Assembly (NCBI GenBank): GCA_934087065.1 | Contig: CAKOIS010000002.1 | Location: 11,880-75,879, forward strand | DNA from: an uncultured Bacilli bacterium | GTDB taxonomy: Bacteria; Bacillota_I; Bacilli_A; RF39; UBA660 | DNA: 64,000 nt | Direction of reading: 5' to 3' | Shown: positions 1-9,454 of the stretch, piece after piece | How positions within the stretch are numbered: position 1 is the first letter of the stretch | Layout of the letters: every line of letters begins with the position of its first letter | Translations under genes and position numbers: made by a program | The notes under the pieces: generated by a model | The model's input: only the letters and a program-made list of their open reading frames with translations | Told to the model about the DNA's origin: nothing | Database searches by the model: none

Positions 1-788
1 ACTTATTAAATAGTTTAAGTGTAAAAGAAGCTAAATTATCAGTGTTATTAGATAACTTATTAAATAGATTAAATGAAGAATATGGTATAACTTATGAAAA
101 AGCAAGAAATGACTTTGAACTAGATATAGACATAGAAGTAGCTAGAAATGAAATAAATGAGATAAAGAGAATTCTTAAAACTTTGGGAGAAGTAAACTTA
201 GCAAGTATAGACGAGTACGATAGAGTTAGTAAGAGATTTGAATTTTTGACTACTCAAAAAAGTGACTTAGAAAGTAGTGAGAAGAACTTACTAGAGATAA
301 TTAATAATATGGATGATATAATGATAGATAAGTTTGCAACTACATTTAAGAAAGTGAACACTGAATTTACTAAAGTATTTAAAGACTTATTTGGTGGAGG
401 AAATGCATATCTTGTTATGACAGATCCAACTAACGTGCTTGAAACTGGTATAGATATAATTGCAAACCCACCTGGAAAACGTCCAGGAAGCCTTAGTCTT
501 TTAAGTGGTGGAGAAAAAACTTTAACTGCAATAAGCTTGTTGTTTGCAATAATGAACTTAAAAGATGTTCCATTTGTTATACTAGACGAAGTAGAAAGTG
601 CGCTTGATGAAATCAACGTTGAAAAGTTTGGAGAATACATAAAACATTATAAAGGAAAAACACAACTTCTTGTAATAACACACAAAAAGAAAACTATGGA
701 ATTCTTAGACTTACTATATGGTATTACAATGCAAGAAAGTGGAGTAAGTAAATTAGTTAGTGTTAAATTAGAAGATATAAAAGAGTAA
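1..788 (+). CDS. smc: chromosome segregation protein SMC, C-terminal part (5' end of the gene lies outside the window)
   Basis: Frame open from the window start. ABC signature LSGGEKTLTAISLLFA and Walker B FVILDEVESALD are typical of the SMC C-terminal head. Confidence 0.8.
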   Translation, partial: LLNSLSVKEAKLSVLLDNLLNRLNEEYGITYEKARNDFELDIDIEVARNEINEIKRILKTLGEVNLASIDEYDRVSKRFEFLTTQKSDLESSEKNLLEIINNMDDIMIDKFATTFKKVNTEFTKVFKDLFGGGNAYLVMTDPTNVLETGIDIIANPPGKRPGSLSLLSGGEKTLTAISLLFAIMNLKDVPFVILDEVESALDEINVEKFGEYIKHYKGKTQLLVITHKKKTMEFLDLLYGITMQESGVSKLVSVKLEDIKE

Positions 789-857
789 ACACCTAAGTGG
801 TGTTCTTTTATTTGACTTATATTATAAAATAAACTATAATGATTAGGCAGGTGTATT

Positions 858-2711
858 ATGAATATAAAAGAAATAAAGAATGATAAATTTTTAAAGAAAA
901 TGAATGAAAGAGAGTTAACTCTTTTAGCGAGTGATATAAGAGAGTTTTTAATTAGTAACATATCTAAAACAGGTGGACATTTATCAAGTAATTTAGGTGT
1001 AGTAGAACTTACTATTATGTTACATAAAGTGTTTAATTTTAATAAAGATAAGCTTATATTTGATGTTTCTCACCAAAGTTATGTACACAAGATACTTTCT
1101 GGACGTGCTCTAAAGTTTGACACATTAAGAAAATTTAATGGCTTAAGTGGCTTTCAAAAAATATCTGAAGGAGACTCTTATGAAGCAGGACACTCTGGTA
1201 CAAGTTTAAGTGCAGGGCTAGGGCTTGCTTTATCAAGAGATATGAATAAAGAAAAATATAACGTAATTAGCGTTATAGGAGACGCATCTATTTCAAATGG
1301 ACTATGTTATGAAGCACTAAACCATATAGGTGAAGTTAAAACAAAATATATAATAATCTTAAATGATAATGAAATGAGTATAAATAAAAACGTAGGTGCA
1401 CTACATAACCACTTAGATAATATAAGAAGTAACAAACATTATGAAAGCACTAAAGATAAAACTAAAGGAGTGTTAAATAAAATTCCATTAATAGGTAAAC
1501 CACTAGTTAGAATCATTAAAAATGTTAAACTAAGTATTAAAAAACTTTACTTAAAAGAAGGTTTTATATTTGAAGAACTTGGGTTAGACTACTATGGGCC
1601 AATTAATGGACATGATTTTAACGAATTAGAAATGTACTTAAAAAGAGCTAAAGAAAGCACACATTCTGTTTTGCTTCACGTTATAACTGAAAAAGGAAAA
1701 GGGTATATTTATTCAGAAAAAGATACAACTGGTAAATGGCATGGAGTAGGACCTTTCAATAAAGAAACTGGTGTAATACTCTCTAGTGACACTAACCCAA
1801 CATGGAGTGAAGTAATATCAAATAACTTAATTAGACTTATGAAAAAGAATATTGTTGTAATAACTCCAGCAATGGAAAGTGGAAGTAAATTAACTAAATT
1901 TAAAAGTATGTTTCCTAAAAACTTTATAGATGTCGGTATAGCTGAAGAACACGCTTTAGTACTTGCTAATGCAATGAGTTTAAATAAGATAATTCCTTTT
2001 GTAAGTATATACTCAAGTTTCTTACAAAGAGGATACGACGAAGTATTACACGATATTGCTAGAATGAACTCTCACGTAATAATTGGAGTAGACAGATGTG
2101 GTTTAGTAGGACCTGATGGGTCAACACATCAAGGAGTGTTTGATGTAACATTCTTACTTCCTATCCCTAATCTTATTATAAGTGTACCAAAAGACTCAGT
2201 TGAAAGTGCGAATTTACTTAATACTGCTATTAAAACTAATAGTCCATTTGTAATAAGATACTCTAAAAAAAGAATAGAGTATAAAGAAGAAAAAATAACT
2301 AGTATACAAGTAGGTTCTTGGGAAAAAATAACTGATGGGTTAGATGCTACACTTATAACTTATGGAGACTTTGTAAATGAAAGTATTAGTGTTATTGATA
2401 AACTAAAAAGTGATGGGTACAACGTTTCTTTAGTAAACGCTAGATTCTTAAAACCAATAGACTTTCAAATGTTTAATGAAATAACTAAGAAAAATAAGCC
2501 TATATTTGTATATGAAGAAAGTATGCAAATAGGTAGTCTCGGGAGTTACTTAAGTAGTATAACTGATAAAGAAATAATTACTTATGCTATAAAAGATGAG
2601 TTTGTAAACGAAGGAACTAGAGAAGAATTACTAGAGTACTTAGGACTTGACACAGATACAATTTATAATAAAATGAAAGAGGTGATTACTAGTGCTAGAG
2701 TACGAAAATAA
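858..2711 (+). CDS. dxs: 1-deoxy-D-xylulose-5-phosphate synthase
   Basis: 617 aa. TPP-binding GDG/IGDASISNGLCYEALNH region and GHSGTSLSAGLG motif. RBS ggcaggtg upstream. Confidence 0.9.
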   Translation: MNIKEIKNDKFLKKMNERELTLLASDIREFLISNISKTGGHLSSNLGVVELTIMLHKVFNFNKDKLIFDVSHQSYVHKILSGRALKFDTLRKFNGLSGFQKISEGDSYEAGHSGTSLSAGLGLALSRDMNKEKYNVISVIGDASISNGLCYEALNHIGEVKTKYIIILNDNEMSINKNVGALHNHLDNIRSNKHYESTKDKTKGVLNKIPLIGKPLVRIIKNVKLSIKKLYLKEGFIFEELGLDYYGPINGHDFNELEMYLKRAKESTHSVLLHVITEKGKGYIYSEKDTTGKWHGVGPFNKETGVILSSDTNPTWSEVISNNLIRLMKKNIVVITPAMESGSKLTKFKSMFPKNFIDVGIAEEHALVLANAMSLNKIIPFVSIYSSFLQRGYDEVLHDIARMNSHVIIGVDRCGLVGPDGSTHQGVFDVTFLLPIPNLIISVPKDSVESANLLNTAIKTNSPFVIRYSKKRIEYKEEKITSIQVGSWEKITDGLDATLITYGDFVNESISVIDKLKSDGYNVSLVNARFLKPIDFQMFNEITKKNKPIFVYEESMQIGSLGSYLSSITDKEIITYAIKDEFVNEGTREELLEYLGLDTDTIYNKMKEVITSARVRK

Positions 2712-3327
2712 TCTATATAAAGAAGGCGTTACACTAGTCGCTGGTGTAGACGAAGTAGGACGTGGGCCTTTAATCGGTCCAGTAGTCGCATGTGCTTGTA
2801 TTCTTCCTGTAAACTTTTACCATAAAGACATCAAAGACAGTAAAAAGCTAAGTGAAAAGAAAAGAGAAGAAATGTACAAAATTATAAAAGAAAATGCTTT
2901 AGCTATAGGGCTTGGCATAGTAAGTGAGAAAGTAATAGATGAAATAAACATATATGAAGCAACAAAAATAGCTATGAAAGAAGCAATAGAAAATCTGAAT
3001 ATCACTCCTGAACATATATTAATAGACGCTATGAAACTCGAATTAAATATCCCGTCAACTTCAATAATAAAAGGGGACGCTAAAAGTGAGTCAATTGCAG
3101 CTGCTAGTATAATTGCTAAAGTAACAAGAGACCATATGCTAGATGAGATGGACAAAGAGTATCCAATGTATGACTTAAAAAATAATAAAGGATATGGTAC
3201 TAAAAAACATTTAGAAGCACTACAGACTTATGGCCCATGCAAATATCACCGAGTAAGTTATTCGCCTGTAAGAAATGCATTAAATGAAAAAAACACAAAA
3301 ACAATTGAAAATAAAGTAAATGTATAG
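2692..3327 (+). CDS. rnhB: ribonuclease HII
   Basis: VAGVDEVGRGPLIGPVVACA N-terminal motif and DSKKLS. Overlaps the dxs 3' end by 20 nt. Confidence 0.9.
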   Translation: MLEYENNLYKEGVTLVAGVDEVGRGPLIGPVVACACILPVNFYHKDIKDSKKLSEKKREEMYKIIKENALAIGLGIVSEKVIDEINIYEATKIAMKEAIENLNITPEHILIDAMKLELNIPSTSIIKGDAKSESIAAASIIAKVTRDHMLDEMDKEYPMYDLKNNKGYGTKKHLEALQTYGPCKYHRVSYSPVRNALNEKNTKTIENKVNV

Positions 3328-3350
3328 TAAAATGATTATGGAGGGTAAAC

Positions 3351-4322
3351 ATGAAAGAATTTTTTAAAACAAATGGAAAAGGAATAATTATAGGTTTAGT
3401 AGTAGGTGTACTAGTAATGTATATTTTCTGGCCTAAGAGAATTGCTAAGTTAGAAAATGGAGAAGAAGTATCAATTACTGTTAAAGATCAAACTATAACA
3501 GCAGACTCACTTTACAGTGGATTAAAACTAAAATATGGTGCTAGTGAAATAGTACAACAAGTAGATAAATTAATACTTGATAAGAAGTACGAATTAACAG
3601 AAAGTGATTTAGAAGAAATCAATAAATCAAAAGAAAATTACTATTCAACATATAAAAGCTATTATGGAATAACAAAAGAACAATTTTTAAAACAAAATAA
3701 CTTTGACTCAGAAGAAGACTTTGTAGAATACTTAAAATTAGAGTATAAAAGAAACCTTTTAGTAGAAGAATACTTAAAAGCAAAAGTAACAGACGAAGAT
3801 ATTAAAGAATATTACAAAGAAAACTATTTTGCCCCATTTAAAGTGGAACACATACTAGTTAAAACTTCTTCTAGTGTTACAAAAGATGAAGCTAAAGCTA
3901 CTGCAGAAAAAATACTAAAAGCACTTAAAGGTGGAAGTTCTTGGGAAGATGTTAAAACTAAATACAAAGATGATATAACAACAGAAAACTTTACAGTAGA
4001 GTTTGACTCTAGTTTAGAAGAAAATTTTGTAAAAGCTGCTAAAAAACTAAAAGATAATAAATATACTACAAGCTTAGTAGAAACATCTTATGGTTACCAT
4101 ATTATATTAAGAACAGAAACAAAAGAAAAAGAAAGTGTTTCTGACATAAAAGATAGAGTAATAACTAAAGTTGTATCTCAAGAAAAAAACAAAGATACTA
4201 ATTATTACCAAAAGACTTTAGTAATAATGAGAAAAGAAGCTGGAATGGAAATAAAAGATACAGAACTAAAAAAAGTATACGATAATTTTGTAAGTAGTTT
4301 AGAAACAACAAAAAGTGAGTAA
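3351..4322 (+). CDS. membrane-anchored PpiC/parvulin-type peptidyl-prolyl isomerase (PrsA-like foldase)
   Basis: N-terminal TM helix. Parvulin-like core (HILVK...SYGYHII). K/E-rich, similar to PrsA family proteins. Confidence 0.6.
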   Translation: MKEFFKTNGKGIIIGLVVGVLVMYIFWPKRIAKLENGEEVSITVKDQTITADSLYSGLKLKYGASEIVQQVDKLILDKKYELTESDLEEINKSKENYYSTYKSYYGITKEQFLKQNNFDSEEDFVEYLKLEYKRNLLVEEYLKAKVTDEDIKEYYKENYFAPFKVEHILVKTSSSVTKDEAKATAEKILKALKGGSSWEDVKTKYKDDITTENFTVEFDSSLEENFVKAAKKLKDNKYTTSLVETSYGYHIILRTETKEKESVSDIKDRVITKVVSQEKNKDTNYYQKTLVIMRKEAGMEIKDTELKKVYDNFVSSLETTKSE

Positions 4323-4359
4323 AATCTCACTTTTTATATTGACAATACCTACTAAAAAA

Positions 4360-4567
4360 TGATAACATTATCTTGTAATAGTGAGAGTAACAAAAATTCT
4401 CAAGTTTTAAAAAACAAAGGAGAGATACACATGAAAACAAAATACACTTTAAAACCTAGTATGGGGGGGGGTTATTTAACTAGCGTAAATAACTATAGTT
4501 TTCATGTGCAATTAAATGGATAGAATAATTCTACCCATTTTTTCGTGTGTAAGAAAAGAGGTAAGGT
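4360..4567 (+). promoter_or_regulatory. conserved leader, copy 1: palindrome gataacattatc, uORF (4431-4484) containing a G9 tract (4463-4471), and a hairpin plus T-run (about 4505-4535)
   Basis: About 80% nucleotide identity with the leaders at 23205-23405, 33855-34049 and 45105-45302. The G-tract length differs between copies. Confidence 0.6.
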
Positions 4568-4810
4568 ATGACAAATGAAGAATTAAAGAAAATTGTTGGA
4601 AGAAACGTAAAAAAGTATAGGCTTATATATAATGCGTACAACAAAGAAAAACTTACTCAGAAAGACTTAGCTGAAAAGATAGGTGCAAAGACACCTCTTA
4701 TAGGTGCTTTAGAAAGCGAGAACAACAACATGGGAATAAGTATATATAACTTATATATGATAAGTAAAGTACTAAATGTACCAATAGAAAAGTTTTTTGA
4801 GGAGGAATAA
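4568..4810 (+). CDS. XRE-family helix-turn-helix transcriptional regulator (80 aa)
   Basis: HTH_3-like segment LTQKDLAEKIGAKTPLIGALE. Lies between the conserved leader and paralog 1, and only in this copy. Confidence 0.55.
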   Translation: MTNEELKKIVGRNVKKYRLIYNAYNKEKLTQKDLAEKIGAKTPLIGALESENNNMGISIYNLYMISKVLNVPIEKFFEEE

Positions 4811-4815
4811 AGTAT

Positions 4816-7308
4816 ATGAAGAATAAAAAAGGAATGATATATGGAGTACTATTAATGACTTGTTTAGTAATAGGTTTATCTTATGGAGCATTTATATTTA
4901 GTACAGATAAATATAGAAGTAGTGAATTATTAATAAGTAAGTTAAACTATAGTATAGATATACAAGAAGACGGAAGTAATAAGTCTACAATTAATGGAAG
5001 TTCAGTAACAGTACCAGCTAGTACTAAAGTATATTTAAATATTACTTTAACAAGTGTAAATGAAATAGATAGTAAATATACTTTAGCATATAAAACTAGC
5101 ACAAACGCTAAAGTAGAGTACTCAGATAGAACACCATGGAACACACAAGGAGTAATAAAAGGAATAGACAGTAACACTTATTCAAAAAAGATAAGAGTAG
5201 TAATAGATAACACAAATATCTCAACACCATCTACAGTAAACTTTCAAGTATATGGTGGATACTCATTTAACTCATATGCAAATATAGAACTAACTGATGG
5301 ATATGTATCAGTAAGTGGACCATACACAGAAGTTGCAACAAACATAGGAAATAGACTAGTAGATATAATAGAAAGTGATACAAGTTGTTTAACAAGTAAT
5401 TCTAACACTTGCTTGTATGGTGGAGAGAACATTAAAAACTATGTACAATACCCAGAAGACAATGACAAAACAAAGAACTTATGGAGAATAATAGGAAGTT
5501 ATCAAATAGAAGATCAAACACTACCAAAACTAATAAGTCAAAGTACAAGTAGTACTAGTACTTCAACACTAACAACAGACTTAACAAGTTTCTATAACAC
5601 ATTAGAAGATAAAGAAGTATTAGTACAACAAACAAATAAATTTAATTGTTTTACTAATACTTGTGTAGAAAGCACTTACAACAATATTGGCTTACTAACA
5701 GACTATGAATATAATCAAATAGGTGGAGTAAACTCATACTTAGCAACTACAGAAAAATATTACATAAATAGTTCTAGCGGAATAAAAGAAGTAACATCAA
5801 GTGGGATAACAAACCCAAGTAATACAAGTGGACTAAAACCAACAATATACTTACAAACTGGAGTACAAGTAACAGGAAGTGGAACAGTGAGTGACCCATA
5901 CATCATAAGTCCAGCAAGTGATATAAATTTAGTTGCTTATACATTAAATGGACAAGCAACAGATAAAAATTATGCAGATTTACTTAAAACAAATGTAGTA
6001 GATAAAGTAACATGTAAAAACGGAACAACAGCAACATGGGACAATACAGATTTTTCAATAAAATTAAAGAATATACATACACCAGACTATTGTACAATTG
6101 ATTTTGGAGATGGATACAGTGTTAGTTTAACAGCAACAAATGGTACAGTAAGTCCATCAAATATAACTGTAGGATATAATGGAAGTGCAAGTTTTACTGT
6201 AACACCTAACAGTGGATATAAACTAGAACTTGAAACAAACACATGTGGCGGAACACTATCAGGAAGTACATATACAATAAGTAATGTAACAAGTGCAAAA
6301 AGTTGTAGTATAACATTCAAGTCTTCTACACAAACATTATATGCTAAACTGCTTGCTGATAAATCAACAGTATTAACAAGAACAGACTTTAGTAAAGTTT
6401 TAACAAATGACAATACAAACACATTATATACAGGAACAGAGAATGGAACAACAGTATATTATTTTGCAGGGAATGCAACAGATAATTGGGTAAAGTTTGG
6501 AAAGAATGCAACTAATCAAGACTTATACTGGAGAATAATAAGAACAAACTCAGATGGTGGAGTAAGACTACTATACCATGGAACAAGTACTACAGCAACA
6601 GATGCGGTTATAAACACAAGTACAGCATTTAATACAACATATAATAACCCAATGTATGTAGGATATATGTATGGAACAAGCGGTTCATTAGTAAATAATA
6701 GAACAAATACAAATAATAGTACAATAAAAGGAATAATAGATACATGGTATGAAAATAATCTAAAAACTAACTATACAAAATACTTAAGTACAACAGCAGT
6801 ATATTGCAATGATAGAAGTAACCCAGCAGGTGGATATAACACTGGAGGTACAACATTCTACTATGGTGGATATACACGATTAATAACAAATAAAACACCA
6901 ACATATGACTGTACAGACACTAACGATAAATTCACAGTAGACACAAGTACAGGAAACGGGAAACTAACATACCCAATAGCATTAATGACAGCAGACGAAG
7001 TAAGTTTTGCAGGTGGACTAGCGGGAACAAACGCACCAACATGGTATTATTATAATAGTGCAAAGGGTAGCTCAACAGGTGACACCAGGTGGTGGCTGTT
7101 GTCTCCTTACTATTGGAGTAGCGGCCACGCTTACGTGTTTCGCGTGTACGGTTCGTCCTACCCTGGCCGCTTGAACTACAACAACGTCAACTACACCGCT
7201 CTTGGTGTTCGTCCGGCAGTTTCTCTCAAATCTTGTATCAAGACAAGTGGAGGAGATGGCTCGGCAAACGCACCATACACAATAGAAGAAAGTACAAGTG
7301 GGTGCTAA
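4816..7308 (+). CDS. secreted/surface protein, paralog 1 (830 aa). N-terminal signal anchor and S/T-rich linker. The C-terminal half is homologous to paralogs 2-4 and ends in an adenine-depleted hypervariable domain (WWLLSP...GVRPAVSLKSC)
   Basis: RBS gaggagg. The C-terminal ~330 aa align with ORFs 23406, 34050 and 45303. Terminal CLec/DUF1566-like pattern (YW..S...AY.V.F.V.G....GVRP). Confidence 0.8.
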   Translation: MKNKKGMIYGVLLMTCLVIGLSYGAFIFSTDKYRSSELLISKLNYSIDIQEDGSNKSTINGSSVTVPASTKVYLNITLTSVNEIDSKYTLAYKTSTNAKVEYSDRTPWNTQGVIKGIDSNTYSKKIRVVIDNTNISTPSTVNFQVYGGYSFNSYANIELTDGYVSVSGPYTEVATNIGNRLVDIIESDTSCLTSNSNTCLYGGENIKNYVQYPEDNDKTKNLWRIIGSYQIEDQTLPKLISQSTSSTSTSTLTTDLTSFYNTLEDKEVLVQQTNKFNCFTNTCVESTYNNIGLLTDYEYNQIGGVNSYLATTEKYYINSSSGIKEVTSSGITNPSNTSGLKPTIYLQTGVQVTGSGTVSDPYIISPASDINLVAYTLNGQATDKNYADLLKTNVVDKVTCKNGTTATWDNTDFSIKLKNIHTPDYCTIDFGDGYSVSLTATNGTVSPSNITVGYNGSASFTVTPNSGYKLELETNTCGGTLSGSTYTISNVTSAKSCSITFKSSTQTLYAKLLADKSTVLTRTDFSKVLTNDNTNTLYTGTENGTTVYYFAGNATDNWVKFGKNATNQDLYWRIIRTNSDGGVRLLYHGTSTTATDAVINTSTAFNTTYNNPMYVGYMYGTSGSLVNNRTNTNNSTIKGIIDTWYENNLKTNYTKYLSTTAVYCNDRSNPAGGYNTGGTTFYYGGYTRLITNKTPTYDCTDTNDKFTVDTSTGNGKLTYPIALMTADEVSFAGGLAGTNAPTWYYYNSAKGSSTGDTRWWLLSPYYWSSGHAYVFRVYGSSYPGRLNYNNVNYTALGVRPAVSLKSCIKTSGGDGSANAPYTIEESTSGC
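7090..7227 (+). other. putative DGR variable region (VR) of paralog 1
   Basis: A-depleted, GC-rich stretch in an AT-rich gene. The codons that vary against paralogs 2-4 are NNC (tac, cac, cgc, aac, acc). Conserved scaffold codons lack A. A conserved 3' boundary (gtttctctcaaatcttgtgtcaagacaag) contains a small inverted repeat. Confidence 0.55.
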
Positions 7309-7427
7309 TGACCCCATTAACTTAACTGTGTCTAACGATTAATTTACTAATATAATTACTAATAAGTAATCTAAGAGTTAAATGATAGTTTATATAATAA
7401 GATATATGAGTAAAAAAGTCAACAAAA

Positions 7428-7468
7428 AATGAAATACTTTAGCAAAAAAGGCTGAAGTATTTTTTATG
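7428..7468. terminator. bidirectional hairpin between convergent genes (gaaatactt...aagtattttt)
   Basis: Inverted repeat flanked by an A-run and a T-run. Sits between the paralog 1 stop (7308) and the pilB stop (7493). Confidence 0.4.
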
Positions 7469-7492
7469 GTATACTAAATTAAAACAGTAGAA

Positions 7493-8845
7493 CTAAAACT
7501 CTACTGTTTCTACATTGCTTTGTATTTGATTATTTATTTGTTGTACTTGCTGTGTTACTTGTGGAGTAGGTTGCTGCTGTGGTGTTTCTTTTATACTGTG
7601 GGCTTTTTGTGCCATCTTTAGGTTTGCAACTAAGTTATCGTCTTTGTAAGCTGTCATATCATTTTCTAAGTCAACTATCTTTAGTATTTCTTCAAATGAT
7701 GTTTCTCCTTCAACAACTTTGTTTAACCCATCTTGTAATAGTGTAACAACTTCTCCAGTATAAACTAAATCTCTTAGAACGTGTTTAGGAGCATTATTAG
7801 TAATTGCGTCTTTTATTTTTTCATTCATTACTAGTACTTCTAGTATTGCAAGTCTTCCTCTATAACCATGGTTACATCTAGGACAGCCTTCTTTATTTGC
7901 AACATACATTTCATTTATATCTTTTCCTATAACTGTTTTAAATACTTGTTTTTCATATTCTGTAGTTTGTCTTTTAATCATACAGTTAGGACATAATTTT
8001 CTAGCAAGTCTTTGACTTATTATTCCTTCAAGTGAGCTACCAAGTAAGTATCTTTCTACATCCATATCAGTAAGTCTTTCAATAGTATTAAGTGAGTTAT
8101 TAGTGTGTAGTGTACTAAGAACTAAGTGTCCAGTAATTGAAGCACGTACGGCAATTCTAGCTGTTTCATCATCACGAATTTCTCCGATCATTATTATATT
8201 AGGGTCTTGTCTTAAAATACTTCTTAAAATAGTAGCAAATGTAAGACCAATTTCAGTTTGAGTTTGAACTTGGTTAATACCAGCAATATCCATTTCAACT
8301 GGGTCTTCAACTGTTATGATGTTAACTTCTTCAGTATTAAGCTTTTGAAGAATAGAGTACAAAGTAGTACTTTTACCAGTTCCAGTAGCACCAGTAACTA
8401 AGATAATTCCATTAGGTATTCTAATTAATTTATTAATCTTTTCCATCGCGTCTTTACTAAAGCCTAAGTTATCAAGTCCAGCTAAACTCATAGAGTAGTC
8501 TAGAATTCTTATAACTATTTTTTCTGCATTATTTGTAGGTAGTGTACTTACACGCAAATCAAGTAGTCTATCTCCAATTTTACTCTTAATCGCACCATCT
8601 TGAGGAAGACGCGTTTCCATTATATTCATACCGGCTATCATTTTGATACGACTTATCATATTTCTTTTATATTTACTAGGGACTATACTGTAATCACTTA
8701 ATATACCATCAATTCTAAAACGAATTTTCAAAGAGTCTTTAGATGGGTCAAAGTGAATATCACTTGCGCCCTTATTAACTGCGTCTATTATAATTTCATT
8801 TGCTATTTCAACAATAGGTAATTTTTCAAAATTAAATTCTTTCAT
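7493..8845 (-). CDS. pilB: type IV pilus assembly ATPase (PilB/GspE family)
   Basis: Walker A GATGTGKSTT. GspE-type Asp/His boxes. Tetracysteine C-x-x-C...C-x-x-C motif. 450 aa. Confidence 0.85.
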   Translation of the reverse strand: MKEFNFEKLPIVEIANEIIIDAVNKGASDIHFDPSKDSLKIRFRIDGILSDYSIVPSKYKRNMISRIKMIAGMNIMETRLPQDGAIKSKIGDRLLDLRVSTLPTNNAEKIVIRILDYSMSLAGLDNLGFSKDAMEKINKLIRIPNGIILVTGATGTGKSTTLYSILQKLNTEEVNIITVEDPVEMDIAGINQVQTQTEIGLTFATILRSILRQDPNIIMIGEIRDDETARIAVRASITGHLVLSTLHTNNSLNTIERLTDMDVERYLLGSSLEGIISQRLARKLCPNCMIKRQTTEYEKQVFKTVIGKDINEMYVANKEGCPRCNHGYRGRLAILEVLVMNEKIKDAITNNAPKHVLRDLVYTGEVVTLLQDGLNKVVEGETSFEEILKIVDLENDMTAYKDDNLVANLKMAQKAHSIKETPQQQPTPQVTQQVQQINNQIQSNVETVEF

Positions 8846-8965
8846 ATATAGCCCTCTCTATTCTAATAATTATTATACAATAAAACACTATATAAATACA
8901 AGTATTTTTTGAAAATTTTATGTAATGCAAAGTAAAATAAATTTAGAAAAACATCAAACAAAGAG

Positions 8966-8994
8966 TTGACAAACATATATACTTATGTTAAAAT
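8966..8994 (+). promoter_or_regulatory. sigma-A-type promoter (TTGACA-17-TAAAAT)
   Basis: Consensus -35 with 17-nt spacer. Upstream of the pilin gene at 9092. Confidence 0.5.
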
Positions 8995-9038
8995 TTGGTT
9001 GTAGCTAGGAGAAAATAAGCGTGATATGGATATTTGTG

Positions 9039-9067
9039 TTGACATCAATTTTTCTCTATAGTAAAAT
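9039..9067 (+). promoter_or_regulatory. second sigma-A-type promoter (TTGACA-17-TAAAAT)
   Basis: Same architecture, 25 nt upstream of the pilin start. Confidence 0.5.
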
Positions 9068-9091
9068 TAAGTATGTAAAGTAGGTGGAAAT

Positions 9092-9454
9092 ATGAAAAAT
9101 AAAGGTTTTACTTTAGTTGAAGTAATTGCAGTTATTGCTTTAATTGCAGCTTTGGTTTTACTAGTAGTCCCAAAACTAGCAGACATGGATACGAAAAGCA
9201 AAGAAAAGATGTATAATGCAAAAGTGACGGAAATTTTATCAGGTGCTTATAAGTATGGAACAGATAATATTGATAACTTAACAAATGAATGCTTAGATGT
9301 AACAGTTGGTACTTTACTAAAACTAGGATATGTTAAATCAGATGATAATTCTGGTTTCTATGTGACTAATCCTAAAAATAATGAGTCAATGAATAACTTA
9401 ATTATATGTGTTAAATATGAAAATGGGAAAGTAGTAACTAATGTTAGTAATTGA
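9092..9454 (+). CDS. type IV prepilin-like protein (class III signal, KGFTLVEV)
   Basis: N-terminus MKNKGFTLVEVIAVIALIA has a G-F-T-L-x-E prepilin peptidase site followed by a hydrophobic helix. 120 aa. Confidence 0.75.
   Translation: MKNKGFTLVEVIAVIALIAALVLLVVPKLADMDTKSKEKMYNAKVTEILSGAYKYGTDNIDNLTNECLDVTVGTLLKLGYVKSDDNSGFYVTNPKNNESMNNLIICVKYENGKVVTNVSN

Noticed and set aside
254-961. Numerous 60-190-aa ORFs antisense to or out of frame within confident CDSs (e.g. 254-640, 647-961, 2817-3155, 6087-6422, 11448-11666, 17191-17481, 23474-23707, 34118-34351, 39359-39721, 45371-45604, 50388-50966, 51253-51868, 55272-55548, 57208-57498, 58365-58571)
   Set aside because: They are shadow ORFs in an A/T-rich genome, with low-complexity I/L/S/F-rich translations and no RBS, lying inside genes with clear homology.
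7090-7227. GC-rich islands at the 3' ends of the four paralogs interpreted as horizontally acquired DNA
   Set aside because: The islands are only ~140 nt long, lie at the identical position in each paralog, and are specifically adenine-poor rather than generally GC-rich (T remains abundant). They coincide with codon-level NNC hypervariability, which is better explained by DGR-type adenine mutagenesis constraints.
7072-7317. 81-aa antisense ORF on the minus strand inside the paralog 1 terminal region (similarly 46670-46903 in paralog 4)
   Set aside because: It is an artefact of adenine depletion on the plus strand. The minus strand cannot contain TAA, TAG or TGA without plus-strand A, so long open frames appear automatically. 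There is no RBS or start context, and it is fully embedded in a well-supported CDS.
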